32,000 nt of DNA from Acaryochloris marina S15 (lineage in GTDB: Bacteria; Cyanobacteriota; Cyanobacteriia; Thermosynechococcales; Thermosynechococcaceae): positions 1,050,001 through 1,082,000 of the forward strand of contig NZ_CP064923.1 in the NCBI RefSeq assembly GCF_018336915.1. The letters run 5' to 3'. Position 1 is the first letter of the stretch. Every line of letters starts with the position of its first letter. The position numbers were made by a program, and so were the translations under genes. Below are positions 8,520-17,487 of the stretch, piece after piece. Under the pieces are notes generated by a model. That model searched no databases. It was not told where the DNA came from and saw nothing but the letters and a program-made list of their open reading frames with translations.

Positions 8520-9416
8520 ATGGTGCTAAAGCAAGATCGATATTGGAAATGGTTGTCACGAGGAGTCACCTATGTACTCCTGGGTGTCATTGCCTTGGCC
8601 ATGTTACTACCGCTGTTATGGCTGGTCAGTACAGCATTCAAAGGCCAGGAAGACAATATTTTCCCGGTTGCAGCGTCAAGAGATGTATCTTTATCCCCCC
8701 TGGAGAATATTGTTTTCTTCTTAAAGCAGTTATTCCCAGTCCACCCCACGTGGCATAACTTTGTCTCTGTTTGGCAACAACAGCCCTTTGGTCAGTATTT
8801 TCTCAATAGCCTATTCGTTTCATCTCTCACCGTCACCCTCAATGTGTTGTTCAGCTCTCTTGCCGCTTACCCCCTGGCTAGACTGGATTTTAAGGGTAAG
8901 GATTTGATTTTTGCGGTGGTTGTCTCCACAATTATGATTCCTTTTCAAATTGTGATGATCCCGCTTTACGTCCTGGCCGTTGAGTTAGGGCTCAAAAATA
9001 CCTATCTGGGTGTGATCTTTCCTGCGATCGCATCTGCGTTTGGCATCTTTCTGCTCCGGCAGGCCTTCCAAGGCGTCCCCAAAGAATTAGAAGAAGCTGC
9101 CCGCATCGATGGCTGTACAGAGCTAGGAATTTGGTGGCATATTATGCTGCCATCGGTCAGACCAGCCCTGGTTACCCTGGCGATCTTTGTTTTTATTGGC
9201 TCTTGGGGAGAATTCTTATGGCCATTGATCATTCTGGATCAGCCCGAGTATTACACCCTTCCCCTCGCAGTCTCCAATCTTTTTAGTGCATTTGGGCTGA
9301 ATTGGCGACTAATCGCCGCTGGCTCAGTTATTTCAGTTGCCCCAGTCTTATTGTTTTTCCTGATTATGCAACGGTATATCGTCCCTTCTGAAGCTGGGAG
9401 CGGCTTGAAGGGGTAG
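8520..9416 (+). CDS. carbohydrate-type ABC transporter permease (MalG/binding-protein-dependent family)
   Basis: 298 aa, about 6 TM. EAA loop: EEAARIDGCTELGIWWHIMLPSVRPAL. No partner permease, ATPase or binding protein is adjacent. Confidence 0.88.
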   Translation: MVLKQDRYWKWLSRGVTYVLLGVIALAMLLPLLWLVSTAFKGQEDNIFPVAASRDVSLSPLENIVFFLKQLFPVHPTWHNFVSVWQQQPFGQYFLNSLFVSSLTVTLNVLFSSLAAYPLARLDFKGKDLIFAVVVSTIMIPFQIVMIPLYVLAVELGLKNTYLGVIFPAIASAFGIFLLRQAFQGVPKELEEAARIDGCTELGIWWHIMLPSVRPALVTLAIFVFIGSWGEFLWPLIILDQPEYYTLPLAVSNLFSAFGLNWRLIAAGSVISVAPVLLFFLIMQRYIVPSEAGSGLKG

Positions 9417-9508
9417 CGCCAACCCATCCCTCTTTCATACTTCTGCTTTGCAGAAATCTTCACAACATCTACAGTTCCTGTTACCCTCTGGGCATGCTTT
9501 CATAACAG

Positions 9509-9730
9509 ATGAAGATATTCCTTGAAGGATCAACGCAGATGAACCTCTCTCTCCTTCAGTCCAGCCTGAATTTGTTCAACCACAACCTCTGGATTGCTCA
9601 ACAATTTGAAGATAATCTCGGTTCTTCTTTCCAATCTATGTGGGATAACTTTATCCAATCGGGACAGGTGTGGGCTCTGATCATCGGTTTTATTGTTGGC
9701 TACGTGTTTCGCAGCATTACATCCTACTAA
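9509..9730 (+). CDS. small hypothetical protein with C-terminal TM helix
   Basis: 73 aa (or 63 aa from MNLSLL at 9539). C-terminal VWALIIGFIVGYVF. It ends 37 nt before argH. No family recognised. Confidence 0.35.
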   Translation: MKIFLEGSTQMNLSLLQSSLNLFNHNLWIAQQFEDNLGSSFQSMWDNFIQSGQVWALIIGFIVGYVFRSITSY

Positions 9731-9766
9731 AGCCCACTGAACCTCTGTTACTTCGGACTTCATACA

Positions 9767-11203
9767 TTGGCATCCTCTTCCACACCTCCCGCGAATGGTT
9801 ACGACTCCCCTGACTCTAAAGTTTGGAGTCAACGGTTTGAATCTGCCTTAAATCCTGTGATTGCAGCTTTTAATGCCAGCATTCATTTCGATATTGCCTT
9901 AGTTGAATATGATCTAACCGGGTCACAAGCTCATGTTCAAATGTTGGCTCACACAGACATTATTTCCCAAGGGGAAGCCGATGCCATTGATCAAGGATTA
10001 GAGGCCATTCGCCAAGAATATCGTCAAGGCCAATTTCAACCAGGCATTGATGCCGAAGATGTCCACTTTGCTGTCGAAAACCGCTTAATTGAACTGATTG
10101 GAGACACTGGCAAAAAACTCCATACGGGGCGTTCTCGAAATGACCAAGTTGGCACCGATATTCGCCTCTATCTGCATGATCAAATTCTGCAAATTCAGAC
10201 GTTGATTCGGACCTGGCAACAAGCACTCGTTAGCTTAGCCGCAGATCATGTACAAACGCTCATTCCTGGATATACCCATTTACAACGGGCTCAACCCGTC
10301 AGCCTAGCCCATCACTTGCTGGCCTACTTTGAGATGGCTGAACGAGATTGGCAGCGTCTCAGTGAAATTGATCAGCGAGTGAATGTTTCTCCTTTAGGTT
10401 CGGGGGCTCTAGCCGGAACCCCTTTCCCCATCGACCGCCAATACACCGCCGACAAGCTAGGGTTTGTCGATCTCTATCGCAATAGTTTGGATGGCGTCAG
10501 CGATCGCGATTTTGCCATTGAGTTTCTCTGCGCTGCCAGTCTAATCATGGTGCATCTCAGCCGCTTATCCGAAGAAGTTATCTTTTGGGCCTCGGAAGAG
10601 TTTGGATTCATAAAACTAAAGGATAGCTGTGCCACAGGCTCCAGCATTATGCCCCAAAAGAAGAATCCTGATGTTCCCGAATTAGTTCGGGGCAAATCAG
10701 GGCGTGTCTTTGGGCATTTGCAGAGCTTACTGGTTGTGATGAAAGGACTGCCCTTGGCCTACAACAAGGATTTGCAAGAAGATAAAGAAGCCATTTTTGA
10801 TGGTGTGACCACCATTAAAGCTTGTTTAGAAGCAATGACTATTTTGGTGGCCGAAGGACTAGAATTTCAAACCCCACGCCTGGAATCTGCGGTGGGTGAA
10901 GATTTTTCCAATGCTACAGATGTCGCAGACTATTTGTCAAAAAAAGGGGTGCCTTTTCGGGAAGCTTACAATATCGTTGGCGCTGTGGTGAAAGCTTGCC
11001 TCTCCCAAGGAAAACTACTGAAAGACTTAACAATAGAGGAATGGCAGCAGTTTCACCCCCAATTCGCAAACGATATTTATGCAGCGATTTCACCGCGACA
11101 AGTCGTTGCAGTTCGAAATAGCTTTGGTGGCACAGGATTTACTCAGGTGCAAAACGCATTAGAACATGCCCAATCTCTTCTACAAGTATCAAAGCAGTCT
11201 TGA
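9767..11203 (+). CDS. argH: argininosuccinate lyase
   Basis: Fumarate-lyase signature [11 protein letters not shown], plus TGRSRNDQV and YTHLQRAQP. The start is a TTG at 9767, so its exact position is uncertain. Confidence 0.95.
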   Translation: MASSSTPPANGYDSPDSKVWSQRFESALNPVIAAFNASIHFDIALVEYDLTGSQAHVQMLAHTDIISQGEADAIDQGLEAIRQEYRQGQFQPGIDAEDVHFAVENRLIELIGDTGKKLHTGRSRNDQVGTDIRLYLHDQILQIQTLIRTWQQALVSLAADHVQTLIPGYTHLQRAQPVSLAHHLLAYFEMAERDWQRLSEIDQRVNVSPLGSGALAGTPFPIDRQYTADKLGFVDLYRNSLDGVSDRDFAIEFLCAASLIMVHLSRLSEEVIFWASEEFGFIKLKDSCATGSSIMPQKKNPDVPELVRGKSGRVFGHLQSLLVVMKGLPLAYNKDLQEDKEAIFDGVTTIKACLEAMTILVAEGLEFQTPRLESAVGEDFSNATDVADYLSKKGVPFREAYNIVGAVVKACLSQGKLLKDLTIEEWQQFHPQFANDIYAAISPRQVVAVRNSFGGTGFTQVQNALEHAQSLLQVSKQS

Positions 11204-11257
11204 TCTAATCGCAAAGCTCAGTTTTTAGCCACGAGCCACTATCAGAAATCACTCTCT

Positions 11258-11566
11258 TTAGCGAACATCAAAAGGGGTAGACCCTTTCCAAGGAATTTGC
11301 TTAATTGCTGCCAAAGCATCGCTAACCGCTGCTGTAATTTCATCCTGATGATCCCGTTGAGCTCGCTCATACTGGAGAGCCACCCCTTCTTGACTAGACG
11401 CATAGAGAGGAGGCAAGTGATTGAGGGCATGGGCTGCCACCTCAATCCGGTTGATCTGTTGAGCCTCTTCTAAGGACCAATCACAAGTTTGCTGATCGAT
11501 TGCTTCATCAACCAGAATTTCCATAATGTTTTTGTAGCTATTGGCTATGTCATAGCTGGGTACCAT
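11258..11566 (-). CDS. ComFB-family protein (late competence development protein ComFB-like)
   Basis: 102 aa. The motif block IEVAAHALNHLPPLYASS, followed by a helical C-terminus, matches my memory of the ComFB family. Confidence 0.65.
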   Translation of the reverse strand: MVPSYDIANSYKNIMEILVDEAIDQQTCDWSLEEAQQINRIEVAAHALNHLPPLYASSQEGVALQYERAQRDHQDEITAAVSDALAAIKQIPWKGSTPFDVR

Positions 11567-11732
11567 AGCAACTCAAAGGGTAAAGGACAACAAGTTTGTG
11601 CACTTAATCTAGGAATATCAAGTTTTAGGCATGTTCGCTTCCGCAAAAATGCGTAAAATCAACGCAGTACTATAACTATTCTCCATCACAATGAGGCCCT
11701 CAACGTGATGATACTGCGCGGATTCTATATCC

Positions 11733-12275
11733 ATGTCCTCTAATATTGTTAAAATTCTGTCTGCTCAAGAATTGCGCCGTACAATTACGCGATTAGCATC
11801 AGAAGTGATTGAACGGGTAGGCACTCTCGATCAGCTAGTACTGCTTGGTATCCCCACACGGGGGGTTCCTTTAGCCAGTGCCTTAGCCCAGCAAATAGAG
11901 CTATTAGAGAATATCAAAGTCCCGGTTGGTAGCCTAGATATTACCTTCTACCGCGATGATTTAGACCAAATTACTGTCAGAACTCCTGGGAAAACTGACT
12001 TACCCACAGACCTCTCTCAGAAAACCGTTCTACTGGTTGATGATGTCATTTACAGTGGTCGAACGATACGAGCCGCCCTCAATGCCGTTCATGACTATGG
12101 CCGACCCACCCTGACTCAATTGCTTGTACTGATTGATCGGGGCCATCGAGAGCTGCCGATTCACCCTGACTTTACAGGCAAGGTATTGCCCACTGCACGA
12201 GAAGAACTGGTTAACGTCTATCTAGATGTTACGGATCAGCGTGATGGCGTTGAATTAGTTACCCGAGATCATTAA
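11733..12275 (+). CDS. pyrR: bifunctional pyrimidine operon regulator / uracil phosphoribosyltransferase PyrR
   Basis: 180 aa. PRPP-binding loop [18 protein letters not shown], plus [14 protein letters not shown] and [11 protein letters not shown], all typical of PyrR. Confidence 0.9.
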   Translation: MSSNIVKILSAQELRRTITRLASEVIERVGTLDQLVLLGIPTRGVPLASALAQQIELLENIKVPVGSLDITFYRDDLDQITVRTPGKTDLPTDLSQKTVLLVDDVIYSGRTIRAALNAVHDYGRPTLTQLLVLIDRGHRELPIHPDFTGKVLPTAREELVNVYLDVTDQRDGVELVTRDH

Positions 12276-12376
12276 TCTTGAACGCCTCTTGGTATGGGTT
12301 CTGCAGCGACTCGCACCCTTAAGTTCGGGAACCCGTACAGCTAAAAGATTGAATTTGGCCAATCACCTCAGATAGA

Positions 12377-12403
12377 TTAGCACTCGGGAGTCGAGAGTGC
12401 TAA
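12377..12403. promoter_or_regulatory. CIRCE operator (HrcA binding site)
   Basis: Exact TTAGCACTC-N9-GAGTGCTAA, 37 nt upstream of the groES start codon. Confidence 0.92.
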
Positions 12404-12439
12404 ATCCCAGTAATCATTATCCAGTTTGGAGGAGCCAGT

Positions 12440-12751
12440 ATGGCAGCTATTTCCTTAAGCGTCTCTACAGTTAAGCCTTTAGGCGATCGCGTATTCGTTA
12501 AAGTCAGTGCTGCAGAAGAGCAGACTGCGGGTGGCATTATCTTGCCCGATGCGGCTAAAGAGAAGCCTCAAGTCGGCGAAATCACTGCTGTTGGCCCAGG
12601 CAAGCGGGGTGATGACGGTTCTCGCCAAGCCTTGGATGTAAAAGAAGGCGACAAAGTTCTGTATTCCAAGTATGCCGGTACAGACGTCAAGCTCGGCGGT
12701 GAAGAGTTTGTATTGCTCTCTGAGAAAGATATTTTGGCGATTGTCAACTAA
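12440..12751 (+). CDS. groES: co-chaperonin GroES
   Basis: 103 aa. [11 protein letters not shown]...GGIILPD...GEITAVGPG...[15 protein letters not shown] Shine-Dalgarno sequence lies upstream. Confidence 0.97.
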   Translation: MAAISLSVSTVKPLGDRVFVKVSAAEEQTAGGIILPDAAKEKPQVGEITAVGPGKRGDDGSRQALDVKEGDKVLYSKYAGTDVKLGGEEFVLLSEKDILAIVN

Positions 12752-12777
12752 ACGTAACACCGTTACTTGACTCGTTC

Positions 12778-12796
12778 TGCCCATATTAAATGGGCA
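12778..12796 (+). other. intercistronic hairpin between groES and groEL
   Basis: TGCCCAT-ATTAA-ATGGGCA followed by ATTTTATTTTA. This could be a partial terminator or an RNA stability element. Its function is not established. Confidence 0.3.
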
Positions 12797-12850
12797 ATTT
12801 TATTTTATCGAACTTCGCTGTTACTCCTTTAAGTTTGAGGTTGAGCTTCC

Positions 12851-14482
12851 ATGGCTAAACGCATTATTTATAACGAGAATGCCCGTCGCGCCCTTGAAAA
12901 AGGGATGGACATTCTATGTGAATCTGTAGCGGTGACATTAGGCCCAAAAGGTCGCAATGTTGTTCTAGAGAAGAAATTTGGTGCCCCCCAGATCGTCAAT
13001 GACGGCGTCACCATCGCGAAAGAAATTGAGCTTGAAGACAACATTGAGAACACAGGTGTTGCCCTAATTCGTCAGGCTGCGTCCAAAACCAACGATGCAG
13101 CTGGAGATGGTACAACAACGGCTACTGTTCTAGCTCATGCCATGGTCAAAGAAGGGATGCGTAACGTCGTAGCTGGCGCTAACGCTATTTCTCTTAAGCG
13201 TGGAATTGAAAAAGCGTCTGGCTTTCTCGTGGAGAAAATCGCTGAGAACGCCCGCCCTGTTGAAGATTCCAAGGCAATTGCACAAGTCGCTACTATTTCC
13301 GCTGGCAACGACGATGAAGTCGGTGAAATGATTTCTAGCGCCATGGATAAAGTGGGCAAGGAAGGCGTCATTTCTTTGGAAGAAGGCAAATCCATGACCA
13401 CCGAACTGGAGGTCACCGAAGGGATGCGCTTTGAGAAAGGCTATATTTCTCCTTACTTTGCCACTGATACAGAGCGAATGGAGGCCGTTCTTGACGAGCC
13501 TTATATTCTACTGACCGACAAGAAAATTACCCTTGTGCAGGATTTAGTGCCTGTGCTTGAGCAAGCAGCTCGGGCGGGTAAGCCTTTGTTGGTAATTGCT
13601 GAGGATATTGAGAAAGAAGCCTTGGCTACCCTCGTCGTCAACCGTTTACGCGGCGTTTTGAATGTAGCAGCTGTGAAAGCACCGGGTTTCGGCGATCGCC
13701 GTAAAGCCATGCTGGAAGACATTGCTGTCTTGACCGGTGGTCAAGTGATTACTGAAGATGCTGGCCTCAAACTAGAAGCTGCCAAGCTAGAAATGATGGG
13801 ACAAGCTCGTCGAATCACCATCACTAAGGACACTACAACTTTAGTGGCTGAAGGGAATGAAACCGATGTTCAAGCTCGCTGTGAGCAGATTCGTCGTCAA
13901 ATGGATGAGACTGAGTCTTCCTACGATAAAGAGAAGCTACAAGAGCGCTTGGCTAAATTAGCCGGTGGTGTTGCTGTCATTAAAGTGGGTGCTGCAACCG
14001 AAACTGAAATGAAGGATCGGAAGCTTCGCCTAGAAGATGCCATCAACTCTACTAAAGCAGCTGTTGAAGAAGGGATTGTGCCCGGTGGCGGTACCACCTT
14101 GGCTCACCTAGGTCCTCAGCTCGCAAGTTGGGCAGCGGATAACCTGACTGGTGAAGAGCTTATTGGAGCCACTATCGTAGAGCGTGCCTTAACAGCCCCT
14201 TTAAAGCGCATTGCTGAAAATGCAGGTCAAAATGGTGCCGTTATCGCTGAGCGAGTTCGCGAGAAAGAGTTCAATGTTGGTTTCGACGCTTCAGTAAATG
14301 AGTTCACAGATATGTTTGCCGCTGGCATTGTCGACCCTGCAAAGGTGACCCGGTCAGCACTGCAAAATGCCGCTTCTATTGCTGGTATGGTTCTCACTAC
14401 TGAGTGCATTATTTCTGATAAGCCTGAGCCGAAGGACAATGCTCCCGCTGGCGCTGGCATGGGCGGAGACTTTGACTACTAA
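12851..14482 (+). CDS. groL: chaperonin GroEL (Cpn60)
   Basis: 543 aa. [26 protein letters not shown] and a C-terminal GGMGGDFDY tail. Confidence 0.98.
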   Translation: MAKRIIYNENARRALEKGMDILCESVAVTLGPKGRNVVLEKKFGAPQIVNDGVTIAKEIELEDNIENTGVALIRQAASKTNDAAGDGTTTATVLAHAMVKEGMRNVVAGANAISLKRGIEKASGFLVEKIAENARPVEDSKAIAQVATISAGNDDEVGEMISSAMDKVGKEGVISLEEGKSMTTELEVTEGMRFEKGYISPYFATDTERMEAVLDEPYILLTDKKITLVQDLVPVLEQAARAGKPLLVIAEDIEKEALATLVVNRLRGVLNVAAVKAPGFGDRRKAMLEDIAVLTGGQVITEDAGLKLEAAKLEMMGQARRITITKDTTTLVAEGNETDVQARCEQIRRQMDETESSYDKEKLQERLAKLAGGVAVIKVGAATETEMKDRKLRLEDAINSTKAAVEEGIVPGGGTTLAHLGPQLASWAADNLTGEELIGATIVERALTAPLKRIAENAGQNGAVIAERVREKEFNVGFDASVNEFTDMFAAGIVDPAKVTRSALQNAASIAGMVLTTECIISDKPEPKDNAPAGAGMGGDFDY

Positions 14483-14497
14483 GGTCCAAGCCTAATA

Positions 14498-14539
14498 GAT
14501 CAAAAAAGAGGGCGGTAAACACCGCCCTCTTTTTTGATC
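14498..14539. terminator. bidirectional intrinsic terminator
   Basis: GATCAAAAAAGAGGGCGGT-AAAC-ACCGCCCTCTTTTTTGATC. The perfect GC-rich stem is flanked by an A-run and a T-run, so it reads as hairpin plus U-tract on both strands. It sits between convergent groEL and the 14556-15164 gene. Confidence 0.85.
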
Positions 14540-14555
14540 TTGACTACTGGTTGAG

Positions 14556-15164
14556 TTATTGAAAGTAAAAGGCCAAAAAAATGTGAAACCCAAGCATGAC
14601 AGTAAACATGCTGACCAGGATGATGTGGGTTGATAACCAGATCGAACGCAGTTTGCGAATGAGGGGCCCCTTGGAGACTGTTGGCAAGCGCTTGGCCAAA
14701 CCCTGCCAGCTTTGAGGGACCAACCCGAAATATTTCTGTGAGGACTCTAGAATCCCCGTTTCTGCAACCACGCCCATTAAGGCAGATAGGGCTACTCCAA
14801 AGAAAACCCAGAGAAATATTGCATTAAAATTATCGCCAATCGCTCCGCCCGTATGGAGTAAAACGGTGGCGACTAGGGCTACACCGACAAAAATATGCAA
14901 GCTGCGCCACAACAGAATAGAGCCCGGTACCGCAATTTTCCACCGCCGCCCTCGCTTGCGCAACGCTAGCATCAGTTCAAAGAAGACTAGAGCCAGAACA
15001 ATAAACCCGGTGATCAGCTTATACAGATCAGTTTGCAGAATGATCAGGGTATTGAAGTTGCGATCGCGCAGCAACGGAATATACACCCCACTCAAGGCAA
15101 AAGGGGTCAAAATGGCTGCTACAACCAATGTCAGAATAATCAGAGTGGAAAATTTGGGCTTCAT
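14556..15164 (-). CDS. integral membrane protein with two H-x13-H pairs (predicted di-heme cytochrome-b-like)
   Basis: 202 aa, about 5 TM. One helix reads H90-IFVGVALVATVLL-H104 and another reads H180-IILVSMFTVMLGF-H194. This is the bis-His spacing seen in cytochrome b and ferric-reductase-type helices. The CDS call is firmer than the cofactor prediction. Confidence 0.6.
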   Translation of the reverse strand: MKPKFSTLIILTLVVAAILTPFALSGVYIPLLRDRNFNTLIILQTDLYKLITGFIVLALVFFELMLALRKRGRRWKIAVPGSILLWRSLHIFVGVALVATVLLHTGGAIGDNFNAIFLWVFFGVALSALMGVVAETGILESSQKYFGLVPQSWQGLAKRLPTVSKGPLIRKLRSIWLSTHIILVSMFTVMLGFHIFLAFYFQ

Positions 15165-15304
15165 AGCTCAAAAAAGATGATAGGAATTCGAACCATCAGT
15201 TCGTCCCACGACTTTTGAAAAAATGCTCTAGGAGATTGACTGATGGCGCAATCCCCTTCCCCCACAGAGTGTTATAAACAATTACATTGGCTTAGAGCCA
15301 AAAT

Positions 15305-15958
15305 CTAGGCACCATCCAAGGGAATGTTGATCATGATGCCACCCATGACGTCATCCATCTTGAAGACCTTATCGGGATACCGTTCTTTGTGGATGGGATG
15401 GGTGTTATGACAAGTGACACACGCTTCAGCTACTGCCTTGTCTGGATAGAGGGCAGAGAAATATTTCTTACCTCCCACTTCTTGGAACTCCTTGAAAGGT
15501 TCTCCAGTTTTCTCAACTTCCTGGATTGCTTTTTTCTCAAAGTCATTTTTAGGACCTTGAGCGTCGTTAATATACCAAGTTGAAATTAGGTTGTAGGTAA
15601 AAGCAGTATCTGATTCGGATGCAATTTCAGACCCGAGACGAAACATTTGAGCAGGCAAGGGAATACCATTACTGGTTTCCCAACCTTCGGTAGCTTCTAT
15701 ATCCAGAACGCCTTTATCCTTCGCATTCCCCTCCAATTTCTTGGCTCGGTTAACGACATGCTTGGTATAGGCTGTCCGGTCAGAGGCTAAAGCAGTATGG
15801 ATGTAATCGGCAACCAATTCGGGTTTTACACCACCCGTTGCCTGAGATTCCGCACCTCCACTACAGGCCACAGCTGTGAAACAAATCGCCGCAGCTAAAG
15901 CAAAGAAAGCAAAGGTTCTTGTGCGCAATTGGCGCACCCATTTTCGGGTCAAGTTCAT
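15305..15958 (-). CDS. Tll0287-like (DUF3365-type) c-type heme lipoprotein
   Basis: 217 aa. Signal peptide with lipobox-like AVAC (Cys32). A single CVTCH (aa 180-184) near the C-terminus is followed by MDDVMGGIMINIPL, which matches my memory of the DUF3365/Tll0287 PAS-like heme family. A strong AGGAG Shine-Dalgarno sequence lies upstream. Confidence 0.62.
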   Translation of the reverse strand: MNLTRKWVRQLRTRTFAFFALAAAICFTAVACSGGAESQATGGVKPELVADYIHTALASDRTAYTKHVVNRAKKLEGNAKDKGVLDIEATEGWETSNGIPLPAQMFRLGSEIASESDTAFTYNLISTWYINDAQGPKNDFEKKAIQEVEKTGEPFKEFQEVGGKKYFSALYPDKAVAEACVTCHNTHPIHKERYPDKVFKMDDVMGGIMINIPLDGA

Positions 15959-16009
15959 CTTGTGTCTCCTCTCAATGACATAAATCTGATTCGTTAGATA
16001 GGGACTGGA

Positions 16010-16792
16010 TTACTTCGAAGTGGCATTACCCGACCGTTGGGTTTCTAGAGTACGCACCATCTTCAGGGTGTCCAGGGATAAGGTGGGCGGTCGGGCAAAG
16101 TTCGATTCCACTAAGTCATCGTCAAACATGCTGTTGTAGGCAAATTCCATGCCATGGCAATTCATACAGACTTCCTTCACCATGCGATCTCGGGGCAGTA
16201 ACGTATAGGTATTGTTGTGGTTGACCATCACCGTCCCCGACTCCGATGTTTGTCGCGGCAGATGGCATGTGGCACAAGTGGTTGAAACCGTTGAAGGACG
16301 GGGGAGTACCCCCTCTTCTTGCAGCAACTGAGCATGCCGGGAGTTTTTGTAATTCAGCGAGTGGTTGTCTTTATGGCACGTCAGACAAGAATCGACCGAG
16401 GCCGGTAGAGTTTTGACAGAATGAGCATCATGGCAAGCATTACAGTTCATTTGCTTATCATGGACAGCCGCCTGCATCGGCAGGTGAGCCAAAGCTGGTG
16501 TTAGGGCAGGTTGCCCTTCCAGTAGACGAATGCCATGCTTACCCAGCAAAAAGGTATCCACCTGTCCCTCATGGCAGGAGCGACAGCTTTCATGGGTCGG
16601 TTGCTGAATCACCTGCTTAGCGGACTGAGGTTGGTGACAGCTCGAACAGTTCACCTCAGCTAAGGCATGGGCACTTTTTGACCAGCTTTGATTAATGGCT
16701 TGGAGCTGAGCGTTGTCAACTGCAGCAACGGGGGCCGTCAAGCCACTCCATAGCAGTAGCGCTAGCAACCCTCCCAGGACGACCTGCTTCAT
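16010..16792 (-). CDS. secreted hexaheme c-type cytochrome
   Basis: 260 aa. Signal peptide MKQVVLGGLLALLLWSGLTAPVAA. Six CXXCH motifs: CSSCH, CRSCH, CNACH, CLTCH, CATCH, CMNCH. Many extra His residues are available as distal ligands. Confidence 0.85.
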   Translation of the reverse strand: MKQVVLGGLLALLLWSGLTAPVAAVDNAQLQAINQSWSKSAHALAEVNCSSCHQPQSAKQVIQQPTHESCRSCHEGQVDTFLLGKHGIRLLEGQPALTPALAHLPMQAAVHDKQMNCNACHDAHSVKTLPASVDSCLTCHKDNHSLNYKNSRHAQLLQEEGVLPRPSTVSTTCATCHLPRQTSESGTVMVNHNNTYTLLPRDRMVKEVCMNCHGMEFAYNSMFDDDLVESNFARPPTLSLDTLKMVRTLETQRSGNATSK

Positions 16793-17487
16793 GCTCGCCC
16801 TCCCACAAACTCTTTCCCCAAATCCGGTTGAGGAGGGGTTTTAAGTTCAGGCTTAAAGCTACGTTCGGGTAACGCAGGTTTGGGCAACATGTCCGCCTGG
16901 CCCATATTTTGGCGCAAGAACCCCGTTGAGATGGTGCGGTGGTCATGGTAATTGTGGCAACCGGCTGTCCAGCATCCATCAGGAGAGAAGTCTTTATGAC
17001 TCGCCAGTTCCCCTTGGATAATGCCTTCATGGCAAATCATGCAAAGATCAGGCTTCAGATGTACCCCCCGATCAAACATATGCACATGTTCGTTATGGCA
17101 AGTCGTGCAGGTTAGAACCTCTAATTTCTCTAATTCAGCAGCCCAGCGCAGATCACGGAACTTCTTGGGTCCATGGGCATCCGTTGCCATTTCCGCCTCA
17201 TGACAGCGCATACAGGTTTCATTCGTCACGGGTTTAAAACCTTCATGGCATGAAGCACAAGAGGCTTCAAACAGGATGTGGCCATTAGAGGTTACACCCG
17301 GTAAAAAGATTGTCTTGTGGTCTAGGGCAAAAGCTGCCCCTAACCACCCCATTAAGATTAAACACAGCAAAATTACGGTATTTCTGACATTGAATAGAGT
17401 CGAAAAGCTGAAAAAAGATTTTTGCGTCTTGGCCACTACAACTGCCCTAGAGAATTTAGACCAACAGAATGGCAATAATGACCGCAA
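16789..17487 (-). CDS. membrane-anchored pentaheme c-type cytochrome (cytochrome c3 / class III-like)
   Basis: Four CXXCH motifs (CASCH, CMRCH, CTTCH, CMICH) plus CWTAGCH (CX4CH, nt 16954-16974). N-terminal TM helix VILLCLILMGWLGAAFAL. The stop overlaps the next start as ATGA (16789-16792). The start is uncertain: the TTG at 17487 overlaps the globin 3' end by 32 nt, while an in-frame GTG at 17436 lies about 20 nt after the globin stop. Confidence 0.8.
   Translation of the reverse strand: MRSLLPFCWSKFSRAVVVAKTQKSFFSFSTLFNVRNTVILLCLILMGWLGAAFALDHKTIFLPGVTSNGHILFEASCASCHEGFKPVTNETCMRCHEAEMATDAHGPKKFRDLRWAAELEKLEVLTCTTCHNEHVHMFDRGVHLKPDLCMICHEGIIQGELASHKDFSPDGCWTAGCHNYHDHRTISTGFLRQNMGQADMLPKPALPERSFKPELKTPPQPDLGKEFVGGRA

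Noticed and set aside
12479-14460. Antisense ORFs inside groES/groEL (12479-12784, 12868-13053, 13135-13416, 13501-13722, 14227-14460, all minus strand).
   Set aside because: They lie entirely within very confidently called chaperonin genes. Their Ser/Thr/Ala-rich low-complexity products are typical of antisense frames.
15181-15200. A tRNA-like GGAATTCGAACC string, resembling the reverse complement of a T-arm.
   Set aside because: The flanking bases do not form a 5-bp T-stem, and I could not build an acceptor or anticodon arm.
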